A stretch of DNA of 64,000 bases from contig OX597819.1 of assembly GCA_951406725.2 (NCBI GenBank), positions 7,564,001-7,628,000 of the forward strand, given 5' to 3'. This DNA comes from Octopus vulgaris (Eukaryota). Numbering within the stretch: the stretch's first letter is position 1; every line of letters begins with the position of its first letter. This document shows positions 1 through 13,234 of this stretch, one piece after another. The position numbers and the translations under genes were made by a program. Under the pieces are notes generated by a model. That model saw only the letters and a program-made list of their open reading frames with translations. It was not told where the DNA came from and did no database searches.

Positions 1-339
1 CCTCGTCGTCGTAACCAACGGAGTGCTTCCATCCATCCATTCCATATCATGAACCATTGCATAGTGTAATTCTGTATTAGGCTGAGTCATGACATATTTG
101 GAATGTTGGATACAGGGATCACATTTAGTTGTTTGACTGATAATCTGTGAACCAACAAATGAGCCTCTATGCAGTCACTCAGTCCGCTAGAAATAGCACC
201 TAAATCGCTCTCAAACCACACGCTGTTTTAAGAGTCTAAGGACACATTGAAGGATATGGTTCTGGATATATATCATCATCATAATTTAATGTCCGTGTTC
301 TGTGACCGCAACTGTTTTAGTTGCGATGATTTGAATAGT

Positions 340-640
340 GATCACGTGACCGACCAGACCATCAAATGTTGTTACACATCGCTGGTCACAATGAGTTCGC
401 ATTGTTTTAGCCTTCGAATGACGCCACCCCGCTGGCTAAGCGAGCAGACCAACAGAAGAAAGAGTAGGAGAAAGTGTGGTGAAAGAGTACAGTAGGGATC
501 ACCATCCTCTGCTGGAGCCTCGTGGAGCTTTTTAGGTGTTATCGCTCAATAAACACTCACAACGCCTGGTCTGGGAATCGAAACCGCGATCCTACGACCG
601 CGAGTCTGCTGCCCTAACCACTGGGCCATTGCGCCTCCAC
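340..640 (-). mobile_element. tRNA-derived SINE, family B1
   Basis: A/B-box tRNA-like head; 12-bp TSD gatttgaatagt at 328-339 and 641-652. Confidence 0.88.
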
Positions 641-1219
641 GATTTGAATAGTAAAATGTAGAAAGATTTGGGGTGAAGGCAAAGGGATGGAATATCATTT
701 ATCTTTTGTTTCAGTCATTAGACTGCACCCATGCTGGAGCATTACCTTGAAGAAATTTAGTCGAACAAATCGCCCCCAGTTCTTACTATTCCATGGGTTG
801 GAAGGTTTGTGAAGGTTCACTGGATCTAAGGACTGCATCATGTGCCAGTATCTGGCTTTGGTATGGTTTCTATGGCTGGGTGTCCTTCCAAATACTGACA
901 TTGTACTGGGTAGGATTTATTTTGTACCAACAGCACTATCAAGGGGTTGTCATACAGCTCACAAATATTTACTTTCCAAGGGTGGGGTGTTAAGGTATAA
1001 GAAATGGATTTGGTGTAGCTCCTCTGCTAGTCCCTTGACTTTGCCATATCCCTGTTAGGGTGGCTGAACAGCTGCTATACCTTGCTGAAGGGCAACTGGC
1101 AACTATGCAGTGCACGGGTGTCACAAAAATAACTCCAACAAAACCAATGTAGAATTAAGTGTCCTTACGCAGGAGTGGCTGTGTGGTAAGTAGCTTGCTA
1201 ACCAACCTCATGGTTCCGG

Positions 1220-1319
1220 NNNNNNNNNNNNNNNNNNNNNNNNNNNNNNNNNNNNNNNNNNNNNNNNNNNNNNNNNNNNNNNNNNNNNNNNNNNNNNNNN
1301 NNNNNNNNNNNNNNNNNNN
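1220..1319. other. Assembly gap (100 N), cutting a SINE-A head that starts at ~1168
   Basis: Run of N. Confidence 0.99.
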
Positions 1320-1646
1320 TATTGGCTTGGATCTCAGACTTAGCTGATCTTATCAAGCTCAGTACTTTATCTGATACTTAATTATCATGTCAGACTCATG
1401 AGAAGGAACAGCACAGTTGATCTGGTTAATGGATATGATCTGAATATAATCAAATGTCACACATCAATTTTTGTTCTGCCATCTCTTCTTGAAAGCGTAC
1501 TTACACACAGACACATGCATATAAATGCATATCATGGTTTCTGAGTCCCAAATTTTACTCGTATTGCTTTGGTTGATACTTGAGGCTGTAATAAGACACT
1601 TGCTTGAGATACTATGCAAATTTCTTAACCACAGTAAAAGATATTC

Positions 1647-2043
1647 GCGCAGGAGTGGCTGTGTGGTAGGTAGCTTGTTTACCAACCACATGGTTCTGGG
1701 TTCAGTCCCACTGCGTGGCACCTTGGGCAAGTGTCTTCTACTATAGCCTCGGGCTGACCAAAGCCTTGTGAGTGGATTTGGTAGACGGAAACTGAAAGAA
1801 GCCCGTCGTATATATGTATATATATATGCGCGTGTGTGTATCTGTGTTTGTCCCCTAGCATTGCTTGACAACCGATGCTGGTGTGTTTATGTCCCCATTA
1901 CTTAGCGGTTCTGCAAAAGAGAACGATAGAATAAGTACTGGGTTTACAAAAGAATAAGTCACGGGGTCAAGTTGCTCGACTAAAGGCGGTGCTCCAGCAT
2001 GGCCGCAGTCAAATGACTGAAACAAGTAAAAGAGTAAAAGAGT
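1647..2043 (+). mobile_element. tRNA-derived SINE, family A
   Basis: A box tggctgtgtgg, B box ggttcagtccc, internal (TA)n(TG)n, (aagagta)n-like tail; more than 12 near-identical copies in window. Confidence 0.9.
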
Positions 2044-2389
2044 GTATGCACATACACACACATACCTGCACATTTATGAACTCATAGGTGCATGAATGTA
2101 TCCATCTGTCCAATGATCCAAGGTGATTAATTTCCAGAGTTCTTGGTGCTTCAAATAGATTGTTTTGAGGTACCTGCTCCAGCTCTGTGCACTCTGAGTT
2201 CAAATCCTGCAGAGGTCCAACATCGCTTTCATTCTTTTTAGGTTGATAAGTAAAATACGAATCCTGTACTGAAGTGGGTTCTTCTTTTATTTCTTTAGTT
2301 CTATCGGCTTCTTTCTTCCTCCGAAAAAGAAATCAGTGGTGGTCAGACCTGGAAAGCCAAGGGCTTCAACCAGACCTGAAATGCCTAAA

Positions 2390-2700
2390 CTGGCACTCCA
2401 TTGGTAATGATGATGAGTGTTTCAGTTGATCCAATCAGTGAAGGAGCCTGCTCATAAAATTAACATGCAAGGGACTCCACCGACACATGTACCCCTAACA
2501 TAGTTCTCAGGGAGATTGTGTGACACAGAATGCGACAAAATCGACCCTTTGTATTACAAGTACTATTCATTTTTGCCAGCTAAGTGGACTGGTGCAACAT
2601 GAAATAAAGTGTCTTGCTCAAGGACATAATGTGCTTTCGGATATCGAACTCGCAACATTATGATCATGATCCAAATGTCTTAACTACTAAGCCATGTGCC
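2390..2700 (-). mobile_element. Old diverged SINE related to family B2
   Basis: Degenerate similarity to the 3' body of 27421-27806. Confidence 0.65.
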
Positions 2701-2940
2701 TAAAACAGGGTGTATGTCGTCACACAGCCAGCTCTACAACTCCTTCGAGAAGTGTCTCCTCCCATACCACTTTTCCATGCAAGCATGGGTTTGATTCGAT
2801 ATTTTGAGGCAGTGTTTTATAGCTGGATGCTTTTCTGGATAGCAACACTTTTAGTTACCTCTCATTACGTGCAGAGATATTGCGTATCTTTTCTAAAAAT
2901 CACAGGACATGTGTACATGTGCATGTTAATATGCATATGT

Positions 2941-3343
2941 AGGCGCAGGAGTGGCTGTGTGGTAAGTAGCTTGTCTACCAACCACATGGTTCTGGGTTCA
3001 GTCCCACTGCGTGGCACCTTGGGCAAGTGTCTTCTACTATAGCCTCGGGCCGACCAAAGCCTTGTGAGTGGATTTGGTAGACGGAAACTGAAAGAAGCCC
3101 GTCGTATATATGTATATATATATATGTTTGTGTGTGTGTTTGTGTGTCTGTGTTTGTCCCCCTAGCGTTGCTTGACAACCGATGCTGGTGTGTTTATGTA
3201 CCTGTTACTTAGCGGTTCGGCAAAAGAGACCGATAGAATAAGTACTGGGCTTACAAAAGAATAAGTCCCGGGATCGAGTTGCTCGATTAAAGGCGGTGCT
3301 CCAGCATGGTCGCAGTCAAATGATTGAAACAAGTAAAAGAGTA
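2941..3343 (+). mobile_element. SINE family A
   Basis: Full-length match to other copies. Confidence 0.9.
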
Positions 3344-4209
3344 TATTGGCAAGAATATACTACAATATTCCAGTCAATTTGTGCAGATGCTTCCTCGTCA
3401 CTCTCAATGGAAATACGTTAAACCATGATTGGCATTCTGGAAACCAAGAGCCTTGTGATTCTGTTGTTAATAAAATGTATGATATAAAATGAAAATGAAA
3501 AAAACTTCATGAAGTTATGGAGCATGGAGTAAAAAACTGACAGTGACTGGACATTACTATATCGTAAAAATGTATAAACATGTTGTGGCAAGTCACCAGC
3601 TTCATTGCTTTCACAAAACCATGAATATATTACAATATACAATTATAATCTACAAGTTGTGAAAACTTGTCCGGCTGAAACTGGTTACAGCCTCAGAGAA
3701 TCTCTTTCAATCTAATCAGTAACATCTTGTTTTGATTGGACATCATAATTTAGTGCATAATTTGGTTGGATTCAACTCTTTGGTAATCGGGAATACTCAC
3801 ATTAATAGAGATGATAATGATGATGATAATGAATTTTAACAGAGGCTGAAGGTCAGAAAAGTTAAGAAAAGCGAAATGTTTGGTTATTTTTGTTTTCAGT
3901 GTTTGACTTATATTTTATTTTATCAATCTTGGAAGAATGGGAGGCAAGGTTGTTCTCAATGAGATTTGAACTCAGAATGTATAAAACCAGAAAAAGTACT
4001 GCAAATGATTTTGTCCAATACTTTGCTTTGTTAATTATATGTAATGATGACAACAGCAACGAAACAATGATAATTTCTAACAAAATCTCAAGACTTAAAA
4101 ATTTTGGGAAAAGACGAACAATTGATTACATTACATTGTTCACTGTACCTGACAGGTATTGTATTTTCTTGACCCCAGAAGGAGAAAATGTAATGTTAAC
4201 TATACTCTC

Positions 4210-4571
4210 TCTTTACTCTTTTACTTGTTTCAGTCATTTGACTGCGGCCATGCTGGAGCACCACCTTTTTAGTACTTATTCTATCGGTCTCTTTTTGCCG
4301 AACCGCTAAGTGACGGGGACCTAAACACACCAGCATCGGTTGTCAAGCAATGCTAGGGGGACAAACACAGACACACAAACACACATATACATATATATAC
4401 ATATATACGACAGGCTTCTTTCAGTTTCCGTCTACCAAATCCACTCACAAGGCATTGGTCGGCCCGGGGCTATAGCAGAAGACACTTGCCCAAGATGCCA
4501 CGCAGTGGGACTGAACCCGCAACCGTGTGGTTGGTTAGCAAGCTACTTACCACACAGCCACTCCTGCGCCT
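4210..4571 (-). mobile_element. SINE family A, antisense
   Basis: Reverse-complement match with small internal deletion. Confidence 0.9.
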
Positions 4572-5048
4572 ATAAGCTATGGCAAGATTTGAACACAAAA
4601 TGTAAAGATTCATAACTGAATATTGCAAAATTACCAAAAACAGTGATGATGAGAATGCTGTTAGCATTCCACAAAAGATAAAATTGATATTCTAACATAT
4701 CAGTTGGAATATGAAAGTTGGACTTGCTTCTTTCTTTGTATTCTCTGAGGTGAAAAGAATGTGTTTTTGTAGAAGAGAGGAGTAACCAGCGTAGGAGATT
4801 GGAAAGTAACTAAAATATTGAACTAACACTTTATTTAGCAAAGCAAAATAACCAAGATTGTATTAGTTAATTATTCTAGGAAAAGAAGGAATATTACATT
4901 TTGCAAAAGTCTAAGACAAAATGAATAAACAATGGTAGAAAGTGAAATCCTCAAAGCAAAATGTAAAATGTTATAGTATTAAGAGAAAATGATCCATTCA
5001 TGACTGCCCATATGAAGGTAATCGAAGTTTTGTAGAATGTTATCTAGT

Positions 5049-5518
5049 CATCATCATCATCATCGTCGTTTAACGTCCGTTTTCCGCGCTAGCATGGGTT
5101 GGACGGTTCGACCGGGGTCTGGGAAGCCAGGGGCTGCTCCAGACTGATCTGGCAGAGTTTCTACGGCTGGATGCCCTTCCTAACGCCAACCACTCCACGG
5201 GTGTAGTGGGTGCTTTTTTCGTGCCACCTGCACAGGTGTCGGGGGGGGGGGGGGTCCGGCATCGGCCACAATCGGTTGGTGCTTTTAACGTGCCAGTGGC
5301 ACAGAAGCTAGGCAGCGCTGGCAACGGCCACTTTCGGATGGTGCTTTTTATGTGCCACCGGCACAGAAGCCAGTCAGGGCGGCGCTGGCATCGGCCACGT
5401 TTGGATGGTGCTTTTTATAGGCCACCGGCACAGAAGCCAGTCGGGGCGGCACTGGCATCGGCCACGTTCGGATGGTGCTTTTTATGTGCCACCGGCACAG
5501 AAGCCAGTCGGGCCAGTC
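5049..5518 (-). mobile_element. RTE-type LINE 3' fragment with (GAT)n tail and 67-bp tandem units
   Basis: Same 3' end as the RT-bearing copy at 19165-21230. Confidence 0.82.
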
Positions 5519-5944
5519 TAGTAAGAACATGAAACTAAAAACGGTTCCTACTAAAGAGAAAATAGGGATACTTTGGAAATATTTGAAAATGCACATTTAG
5601 TAAAGGATAAGTACAATACAATAATTAGTAGTTGTTGGTAAGTCCCAGGTTAGCCCTGGCAGGGCAATCTTAAAATCAAAGCAATTTATGTTCCATCTTT
5701 TTGTATATCAGGGACTAGTGTCAAATGTATTCTCCTTTAATAGAAAAGATTTAAGGGAAATTTAGCTGATGTTTCTAGCAGATTGAGTGACTCAGTGGGA
5801 CTTCATATTTGAATTTTATTATTTCTTTGATATATTTGCTATTTTTATTAAGTGATCTTTGTTGCATTGTTTTCCGTTGTTTTGCTTTTGCCATGTACCT
5901 CTGCCATATTTTGATGTATTTCTATACCTTTTATTCTTCTGCAG

Positions 5945-6133
5945 AATGTAATTGTAACAATCATGCAACAAAATGTCACTTTGATCCTGCTGTTTATGAA
6001 TTAACTGGCCGTGTCAGTGGAGGAGTTTGTGATAACTGTACACACAATACCATGGGCCGTAACTGCCAGTTTTGCAAACCATTTTTCTACAAAGACCCCA
6101 GCAGAGAAATCACTGATTATGATGTTTGTCGAC
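5945..6133 (+). CDS. LAMB1: Laminin beta exon 1 of window, LE repeat ([17 protein letters not shown]...DVCR)
   Basis: ctgcag acceptor, gtatgt donor, phase 1-1, LE Cys spacing. Confidence 0.95.
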
Positions 6134-6387
6134 GTATGTATGGGATTTTTCTACATTGTCTCTTGTAACTGAAACCTATTTTCAAAAGTAACATCTTGTT
6201 AGTTATTTGAAGCACTTGTGTTTAAAGATTAATTAAGAAGAAGGGTTCACTCTTCCAATCACATTGCTGGAAAATAAACTGATTCAATATTTTTGCTTTG
6301 ACCCCTTAGCATTCTGATTACTCTGTCAAATGTAATGCTTATTTATTCATATTGTTTCAAGTTAGTTTAGTTTGGTTGTCCTCTCAG

Positions 6388-6750
6388 ATCATCATCATCG
6401 TTTAATGTCCGTTTTCCATGCTAGCATGGGTTGGACGGTTCAGCTGGGGTCTGGGAAGCCAGGAGGCTGCACCAGGCTCCAGTCTGATCTGGCAGTGTTT
6501 CTACAGCTGGATGCCCTTCCTAACGCCAACCACTTCGAGAGTGTAGTGGGTGCTTTTTATGTGCCACCTGCACAGGTGCCAGACGAGGCTGGCAAATGGC
6601 CACAATCAGATTGGTGCATTTCACGTGCCACCGGCACGGGGGCCAGACGTGGCTGGCAAACGGCCACGATTGGATGGTGCTTTTTATGTGCCACCGGCAC
6701 GGGGGCCAGATGAAGCTGGCAATGGCCACGATCGGATGATGCTTTTTACA
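6388..6750 (-). mobile_element. RTE-type LINE 3' fragment
   Basis: (CAT)n on + strand, shared 3' UTR and tandem units. Confidence 0.82.
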
Positions 6751-6789
6751 CGAGCATGCCTTCCATCACAGTTCACTCATGCATCTTCT

Positions 6790-7250
6790 TAATTCATCAG
6801 CATTTGTCATTCCACTGTCCTGAAGCAAGATGTCCACATAAGTTAGATATTTTCTTCCCCTGTTAATTCTTCCTTCAACTCATTGACATAAGACCAGTTG
6901 ACACACAGGCTCTTCTAGGTGTAATGACCAGCAATTCTCATTCTTTTCTGCTGAATCTTCTCAGTCACTTTGGGTAGATATTGATAAAGCAGCTTGTTGG
7001 TCAAATGAGCTTGCCATGTACTATTCAGAGCCATTTTTAACATTCTTGTGTGGCAACTGTTAGTTTTTTTCAAGCTTTTTGGTGAGGGTCCAGCTTTCAG
7101 CACCATATAACAAAACTAACTTTTCAGTTTACATGCCATCTTAGAACTTGAGATTTTATGCAGTTTGTGGCATACACTCCGAGCAAGTGCCTTCCATTCA
7201 GCAAAGTCCTTTTTACTCTCCATCCATGCACCAAGGTACTTGTAGTTAGT
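6790..7250 (-). mobile_element. Degenerate LINE ORF C-terminal remnant, second RTE-like family
   Basis: Translation LYQYLPKVTEKIQQKRMRIAGH resembles RTE post-RT region. Confidence 0.65.
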
Positions 7251-8822
7251 AACTTAAGTGTGTAAAGCTGAAATTGTTTTAAATTAACCACGAATTATCA
7301 CATAGCTTCAAGATTTCGATCATGTGGTTGTTGGGTAGGTGTAAGAGGCTGGATCTAGCCAGTTTGAACATAAAGCAGATAGAGTATTTGGGTTGGATGT
7401 GGCCAGATTAAATGCTGAATGGTTAAAGCAAGAACAAAGTTGGCCCTGATGGAACATTGAATTTCAAATAATGAGGTACAAAATAAGGTATTGTGAAAAG
7501 GGGCTCTATTCAATCATTCAACCCTCTTTCTATCACTATGCTCCATTAGATCTGCGTCACGATTTTCATTTTGATTTTATATTTCACAATTAGGGTTTTC
7601 TGAAGTTGGAGTCTTTTCTTTTTATTTAGTATTGTAACCTCTCTTCTCACTTATCATTGAGTCTTCTAAGGTAATTGAAGCTAAAACAAGTTAATAGTAT
7701 ATTAGTCATATGAGTGGGCCTACTACAATGTTTGGTTTTGGTGTTTTCTATGGCAGAGCATTTATTGGTTGAAACATTTTTATGAAAATGTCATCCATGA
7801 TAGATACTTCCCTTTCTTTCTTCTCAATATAGTAAGCTACCAGGTAATCTCACCCATTTTCTAGCATTGTATCTACTTGTTTTTATGTCTGCTGCTACCC
7901 ACTCAGTATGGTCATAAGAAGTGGTTGGGAAAAAACTGAGGTAAAGCTGTGCTTAACTACTAAAAGTGTCCAGTCATACAGACATACACCCAATTAAGAA
8001 GAATACAGTTGGGGTAACTGTTGTATTCATAAAGCACTGAACTTAAACAGTATTTAATTTCTAAGTTCAGCCACAACAATTCACAGGATGAAATAAGTAA
8101 ACTTACTTTGTTGTGAACTTTAGCTATTTGCCATTTGCTGATGTAAGCCATCTCTGATAGATTTCGGCTTGCCATTTTGCCTATTTTATTGATTCTCCAG
8201 AAGGATCAGAACCGCATTCAGCCCTGATGTGATTCAAACTTAATGTAATGAGGTCTATAACAGTTTCTCTTTAAAAAACACTCAAAAACTTACTATTGTC
8301 CTGACCATCACCACTGTTTTAGTATATTCCTTTAGGGAATATTTATAAGTTAGCATTAGTCTTAATCCATAAAGTCAGTGCTTATGCATTTGGTAGATGA
8401 TTGTAAGTAACTTGGAATTTTTCTAAACTTAGCTTAGAAAGATTGTAAGAACTTAAGACACAACTTGTGATTACCATTTCATTGACCTTATTTCATCAGC
8501 TCGCAATAACAGCTGGTAGTTAATGAATTCATTATTTTGTAAATGCATTAAATGTTTATGTAAAATATTACCTCTTTCCCCCATCATTTATGCAGGCCCA
8601 AATTTTCTCTTGCTTTGAATTGGACATTGGTATCGTGTATATTCTTGTAGTAGTCCATTACTCATGGATGATAATTATAAGTGAGGAAACAGTGCACAGG
8701 AATTGTTCTGGTTGCTAGTCTGTGCTCTCAGAATACTGTTTAAATGTTATCTCAAACTGAGAGTATTCTCAATTTATCAGTGGAAAGGAAACTTTTTAAA
8801 AATTAAGTTTTGCACAGTATAA

Positions 8823-9222
8823 TCTTTATATATAAAAGTGAGGTTGTGTGCTGTCTGTCTCCTACGATTTAGATTCCTAACTACTCCCACATTTTGCGGT
8901 ACAGTTTAACCAAAACCGGGTATCTTATAGTCGTGATTCATATCGAGCCCTTCTGGGTATTAGCGCATGTCTACGATGAGTCTACGATTTAAAAAAAAAT
9001 TTACCATTTTTTTCCATTTTAGTGAATTTTTTTCGCTATTATATAAGGGAAGTAACTCTCTAAAAATGTCTACGATGAGTCAACGATTTAAAAAAAAATT
9101 TACCACCATATTTTTTTCCATTTTTAATGCATTTTTTTGCTATTTTTTGGCTATAACTCTCTAAAAATGCTTATATAGTTATTTCCCTTACAAACCCGAG
9201 CAACACCGGGCGATACTGCTAG
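8823..9222 (+). mobile_element. Non-autonomous Helitron
   Basis: 5' TC, 3' CTAG, subterminal hairpin cccgagcaacaccggg, inserted between A and T. Confidence 0.88.
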
Positions 9223-9235
9223 TATTCATATAATA

Positions 9236-9623
9236 CTAGCAGTATCGCCCGGCGTTGCTCGGGTTTGTTTCGAACCTTTAGAATTGGAATTTTTGAAAAG
9301 TAAAAATTTTGCATTATGTAGCTTGTTATTCTCTTTAGGTGAACATTTTTCTGGTTGAAATACACCAAAAAATGGCAACACAGCAGTCAAAAAAATCGTA
9401 AAAAAATAGGGATTTTCATAGAAAAAAAAGCACCCTTTTGATGTAAATAATTTTTGGTGTTAACATGGTCTGATTTGAATTCTTCGGAATGAAGAGCAAG
9501 CCTTCTTCTATTATACTCTCAATTTTGGTCAACTTGCGCCACAGGGTCTCGGAGGAGATAGTGTTAGTTGAAGGCTACCAAACCTGCCATACACAGACAA
9601 CTTCAGCTTTATATAGAGAGAGA
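9236..9623 (-). mobile_element. Non-autonomous Helitron with different body, same 3' end
   Basis: 5' TC, 3' hairpin plus CTAG on - strand. Confidence 0.85.
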
Positions 9624-9707
9624 TTATACATTTATGTGTTGTAATTTTTATAGTCTCAGCAATACAGCTATTACTGTACACAAATCCATTTTCTTCATAA
9701 TTTTCAG

Positions 9708-9887
9708 AGTGTGATTGTGATCCATCTGGATCTGAAAAAGGTGGTGAGTGTCATGGTTACACCAGTTCTGATGGGCGTTACAAAGCTGGTAAATGTGATT
9801 GTAAGCGCCATGTGGCAGGAAATCGATGTGACACGTGTGCTAATGGTTTCTGGAATCTGAATACAGACAACCCATTTGGGTGTGAAG
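9708..9887 (+). CDS. LAMB1: Laminin beta exon 2, LE repeat (CDCDPSGSEKGGEC...NPFGCE)
   Basis: tttcag/gtaaag, 180 nt, phase 1-1; missed by the ORF track. Confidence 0.95.
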
Positions 9888-10036
9888 GTAAAGTGTCTTG
9901 ATTATTTATTACTGTTGCTATTTCATGCTGACTTCATTAACACGGGGGTTGTGTAGGTTTACAAATAGTTGCAGTGGCTGTAAGAAATATTTTTTAGTAG
10001 AATATACGTCTTGGCATCAGCTAGACAATAAGGAAT

Positions 10037-10444
10037 AGGCGCAGGAGTGGCTGTGTGGTAAGTAGCTTGCTAACCAACCACATGGTTTTGGGTTCAGTCC
10101 CACTGCGCGGCATCTTGGGCAGGTGTCTTCTACTATAGCCTCGGGCCGACCAAAGCCTTGTGAATGGATTTAGTAGACGGAAACTGAAAGAAGCCTGTCG
10201 TATATATGTATATGTATATATATGTGTGTGTGTATGTGTTTGTGTGTCTGTGTTTGTCCCCCTAGCATTGCTTGACAACCAATGCTGGTGTGTTTATGTC
10301 TCCGTCACTTAGCGGTTCGGCAAAAGAGACCGATAGAATAAGTACTGGGCTTACAAAGAATAAGTCCCGGGGTCGATTTGCTTGACTAAAAAAGGTGGTG
10401 CTCCAGCATGGCCGCAGTCAAACGACTAAAACAAGTAAAAGAGT
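10037..10444 (+). mobile_element. SINE family A
   Basis: Full-length match. Confidence 0.9.
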
Positions 10445-10548
10445 AATAGGTTGCAACGAGGAATATGTTAGGATTTGAACTAATATAATAGAGATATTCC
10501 AAGACCAGTTCCTCAACCATTTAACTATCAAAGGTAATATTAGAATGA

Positions 10549-10778
10549 TTAACCCTTTTGCTACCAACCCGGCCAAAACCGGCTCTGGCTCTGTAGTATA
10601 AATGTCTTGTTTTCATAAGTTCTGAATTAAAATCTTCCTCCAAACCTTAGTCGCAATTTATGATCCTAACTCTAGCTTAATGATAACTTAAGTTATTTTA
10701 CTAAATTCTTTGTTGTATTTAAAGTAAATGAAAGATAAACAGAGCATCTCAAAATGAATACTGTAACGAAAGGGTTAA
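10549..10778 (+). mobile_element. piggyBac-type MITE, family F
   Basis: TTAA both sides, CCCTTT...AAAGGG TIRs; four ~230-bp copies in window. Confidence 0.85.
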
Positions 10779-11174
10779 ACAACCTACGTGAGATTGCCCT
10801 TGGTTCTATGATACAAGGCTCTAAATTAAGTGATCAAAATTAAGGTTTTTCATCAAAATTTCATCTTAACTTCTGTTCCTGACAACAGGTTAATAATGAC
10901 AGTTATTTTACTAAATTCCTTCATTATTTTCAAAAATAATTGAAACAAGAACATGGTAGTCAAAAGTTTAATGATTAGTATTTAGAATTCTTTGATATTT
11001 AGAACTGTGATTTTCTTCTTGCTGTTGCTAGACTTTCTTATACTATATGTGTGTGTGTATTCTCTATCTTGTGTATATGTGTGTATTATCTGCACTGTAC
11101 TGTATGTGTGTGAGTTTGTGCATGCAGTGGTATAAGTGTGTTTATTGAAATTGTCATATTTGTTTATTCTATAG

Positions 11175-11284
11175 CTTGTGTGTGCAACGCTGTTGGTACA
11201 AGTCCTGGGAACAGCTGTGACAAGTCTACAGGAAATTGTCTCTGCAAACGTTATGTCACAGGACAGCAGTGTGACCAATGTTTC
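11175..11284 (+). CDS. LAMB1: Laminin beta exon 3, LE repeat ([21 protein letters not shown]...CDQCF)
   Basis: ctatag/gtaagt, phase 1-0. Confidence 0.95.
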
Positions 11285-11354
11285 GTAAGTTTTGTTGATA
11301 ATCACTAATGGAAACTGTTTACATAATACTCACATGTGTCTGTGTGTTTATATA

Positions 11355-12916
11355 TCATCATCATCATCATCGTTTAACATCCGTTTTTCATGCTAGCATG
11401 AGCTGGACGGTTCGACCTGGGTCTGGGAAGCCAGGAGGCTGCACCAGGCTCCAGTCTGATCTGGCAGTGTTTCTACAGCTGCATGCCATTCCTAACGCCA
11501 ACCATTTCCATTTTATTTTGATGTTGGATGTTGATGTACTTGACTCAAAGGTTTCCTCAAGTACTGCAGGTCACCTTACAATCTAAGGTAAGCACAGCAG
11601 GTCATCCTGCTGCTTATGTGAAGCTGGCATAGGATATGCCGTGGACCCACTTTATTTGTCGGGTCTTTGCAGTCACAGCATATCTCCAGAGGTCTCAGTC
11701 TTTCGTCATTGCCTCTTTGATGCCCAACGTTCGAAGGTCATGCTTGACCACCTCATCCCATGTCTTCCTGGGTCTACCTCTACCCCGGATTCCTTCAACT
11801 GTTTGGGAGTGGTACTTCTTCACACATCTCTCCTCATCCATCCATAGTACATGACCATCCCAGCGCAAACATCTCTCTTGCACACCACATCCGATGCTTC
11901 TTATGTCCAACATTTATCTCAGGGCGCTTACACTCTGTTGTGTATGCACAATGATATTATACATCCAACGGATCATGCTACCTTCATTTCTTTCGAGCCT
12001 ACGCATATCCTCCGTGCAGTCATGGCCCATGTTTCACTACCGTGAAGCATGGCAGTTTGCACACATGCATCGTACAATCTACCTTTCACTCTTTGTCACC
12101 AGTAGGCTTCCTAAACTTTGCCCAGGCTATTCTTATTCTAGTGGTAGCATCCACCCCCACTACTAACTTGGTCACTTAGGTAGTGGAAGCTATCAACTAC
12201 TTCTAGTTTCTTCCCCTGGAATGTGATAGAATCTGTTTTCTGAGCATCTGTGGTGTCTATTGCCCCTGTGCATCTGCCACACATGAAAGCTATCTTCTCA
12301 GTTAATCTTCCTTTGATGTTGCTGCACCACATATGTGTTCATAGCTTACACTGGGTACATTTTCTAGTTCCGGTAGTGATTCTGATATGAGGGCCAGATC
12401 ATCAGCATAGAGGAGCTCCCAGGGGCAACCCGTCTTGAATTCCTCTGTTATTGCCTGGAGGACTATGATGAATAAAAGGGGACTGAGGGCTGAACCATGG
12501 TGGACCCCTATTTCTACCCAGAATTCTTCACTATACTCATTGCCAATCCTAACCTTGCTGACAGCCTCTCTGTATAGGGCCTGTACAGCCCTTATTAACC
12601 ATTCGTCAATCTCCAGTTTCCGCATCACCCACCAGATAAGAGATCGCAGGACCCTGTCAAAGGCTTTCTCCAAGTCCACAAAAGCTAAGTATAGGGGTTT
12701 ATCTTTAACTAGGTATTCTTCCTACAGTTGTTGAACCAAGAATATGGCATCAATGGTGCTTCTACCTGGCTCAAAACTGAACTGCATCTCATCTAAGCAG
12801 GATCTCTCCCTAATGAGATGGGTTCTGACCCTCTCCGTGACCTTCATCACCTGATCCAGCAGTTTGATACCCCTGTAGTTATTTCTATCTAGAGCATCAG
12901 CTATATATATGTAGCA
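11355..12916 (-). mobile_element. RTE-clade LINE, degenerate reverse transcriptase and 3' UTR
   Basis: NYRGIKLL, DLEKAFDRV, GSALSPLLF, LLYADDL, RGRGRPRKTW; frameshifted; (GAT)n tail. Confidence 0.92.
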
Positions 12917-13220
12917 CATAAAAACACCATCCGAGCGTGGCCGTCTGCCAGCCTCGTCTGGCACCTGTGTCGGTGGCACATAAAAACACCATCCGAGCGT
13001 GGCCGTTCGCCAGCCTCGTCTGGCACCTGTGTCGGTGGCACATAAAATCACCCACTACACTCTCGGAGTGGTTGGCGTTAGGAAGGGCATCCAGCTGTAG
13101 AAACACTGCCAGATCTGACTGGCCTGGTGCAGCCTTCGGGCTCCCCAGACCCCAGTTGAACCGTCCAACCCATGCTAGCATGGAAAACGGACGCTAAATG
13201 ATGATGATGATGATGATGAT
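12911..13220 (+). mobile_element. RTE LINE 3' fragment, inverted relative to neighbour
   Basis: Tandem units, 3' UTR and (GAT)n tail on + strand. Confidence 0.85.
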
Positions 13221-13234
13221 ATATGTATGTATAT

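Noticed and set aside
1464-4615. Recurrent MSSNARG... and ...LGKCLLL ORFs
   Set aside because: Frames of SINE-A copies, not a gene family.
1-5944. Search for upstream laminin LN/LE1 exons
   Set aside because: No Cys-patterned or LN-like exon with splice sites found; probably upstream of the window or in the gap.
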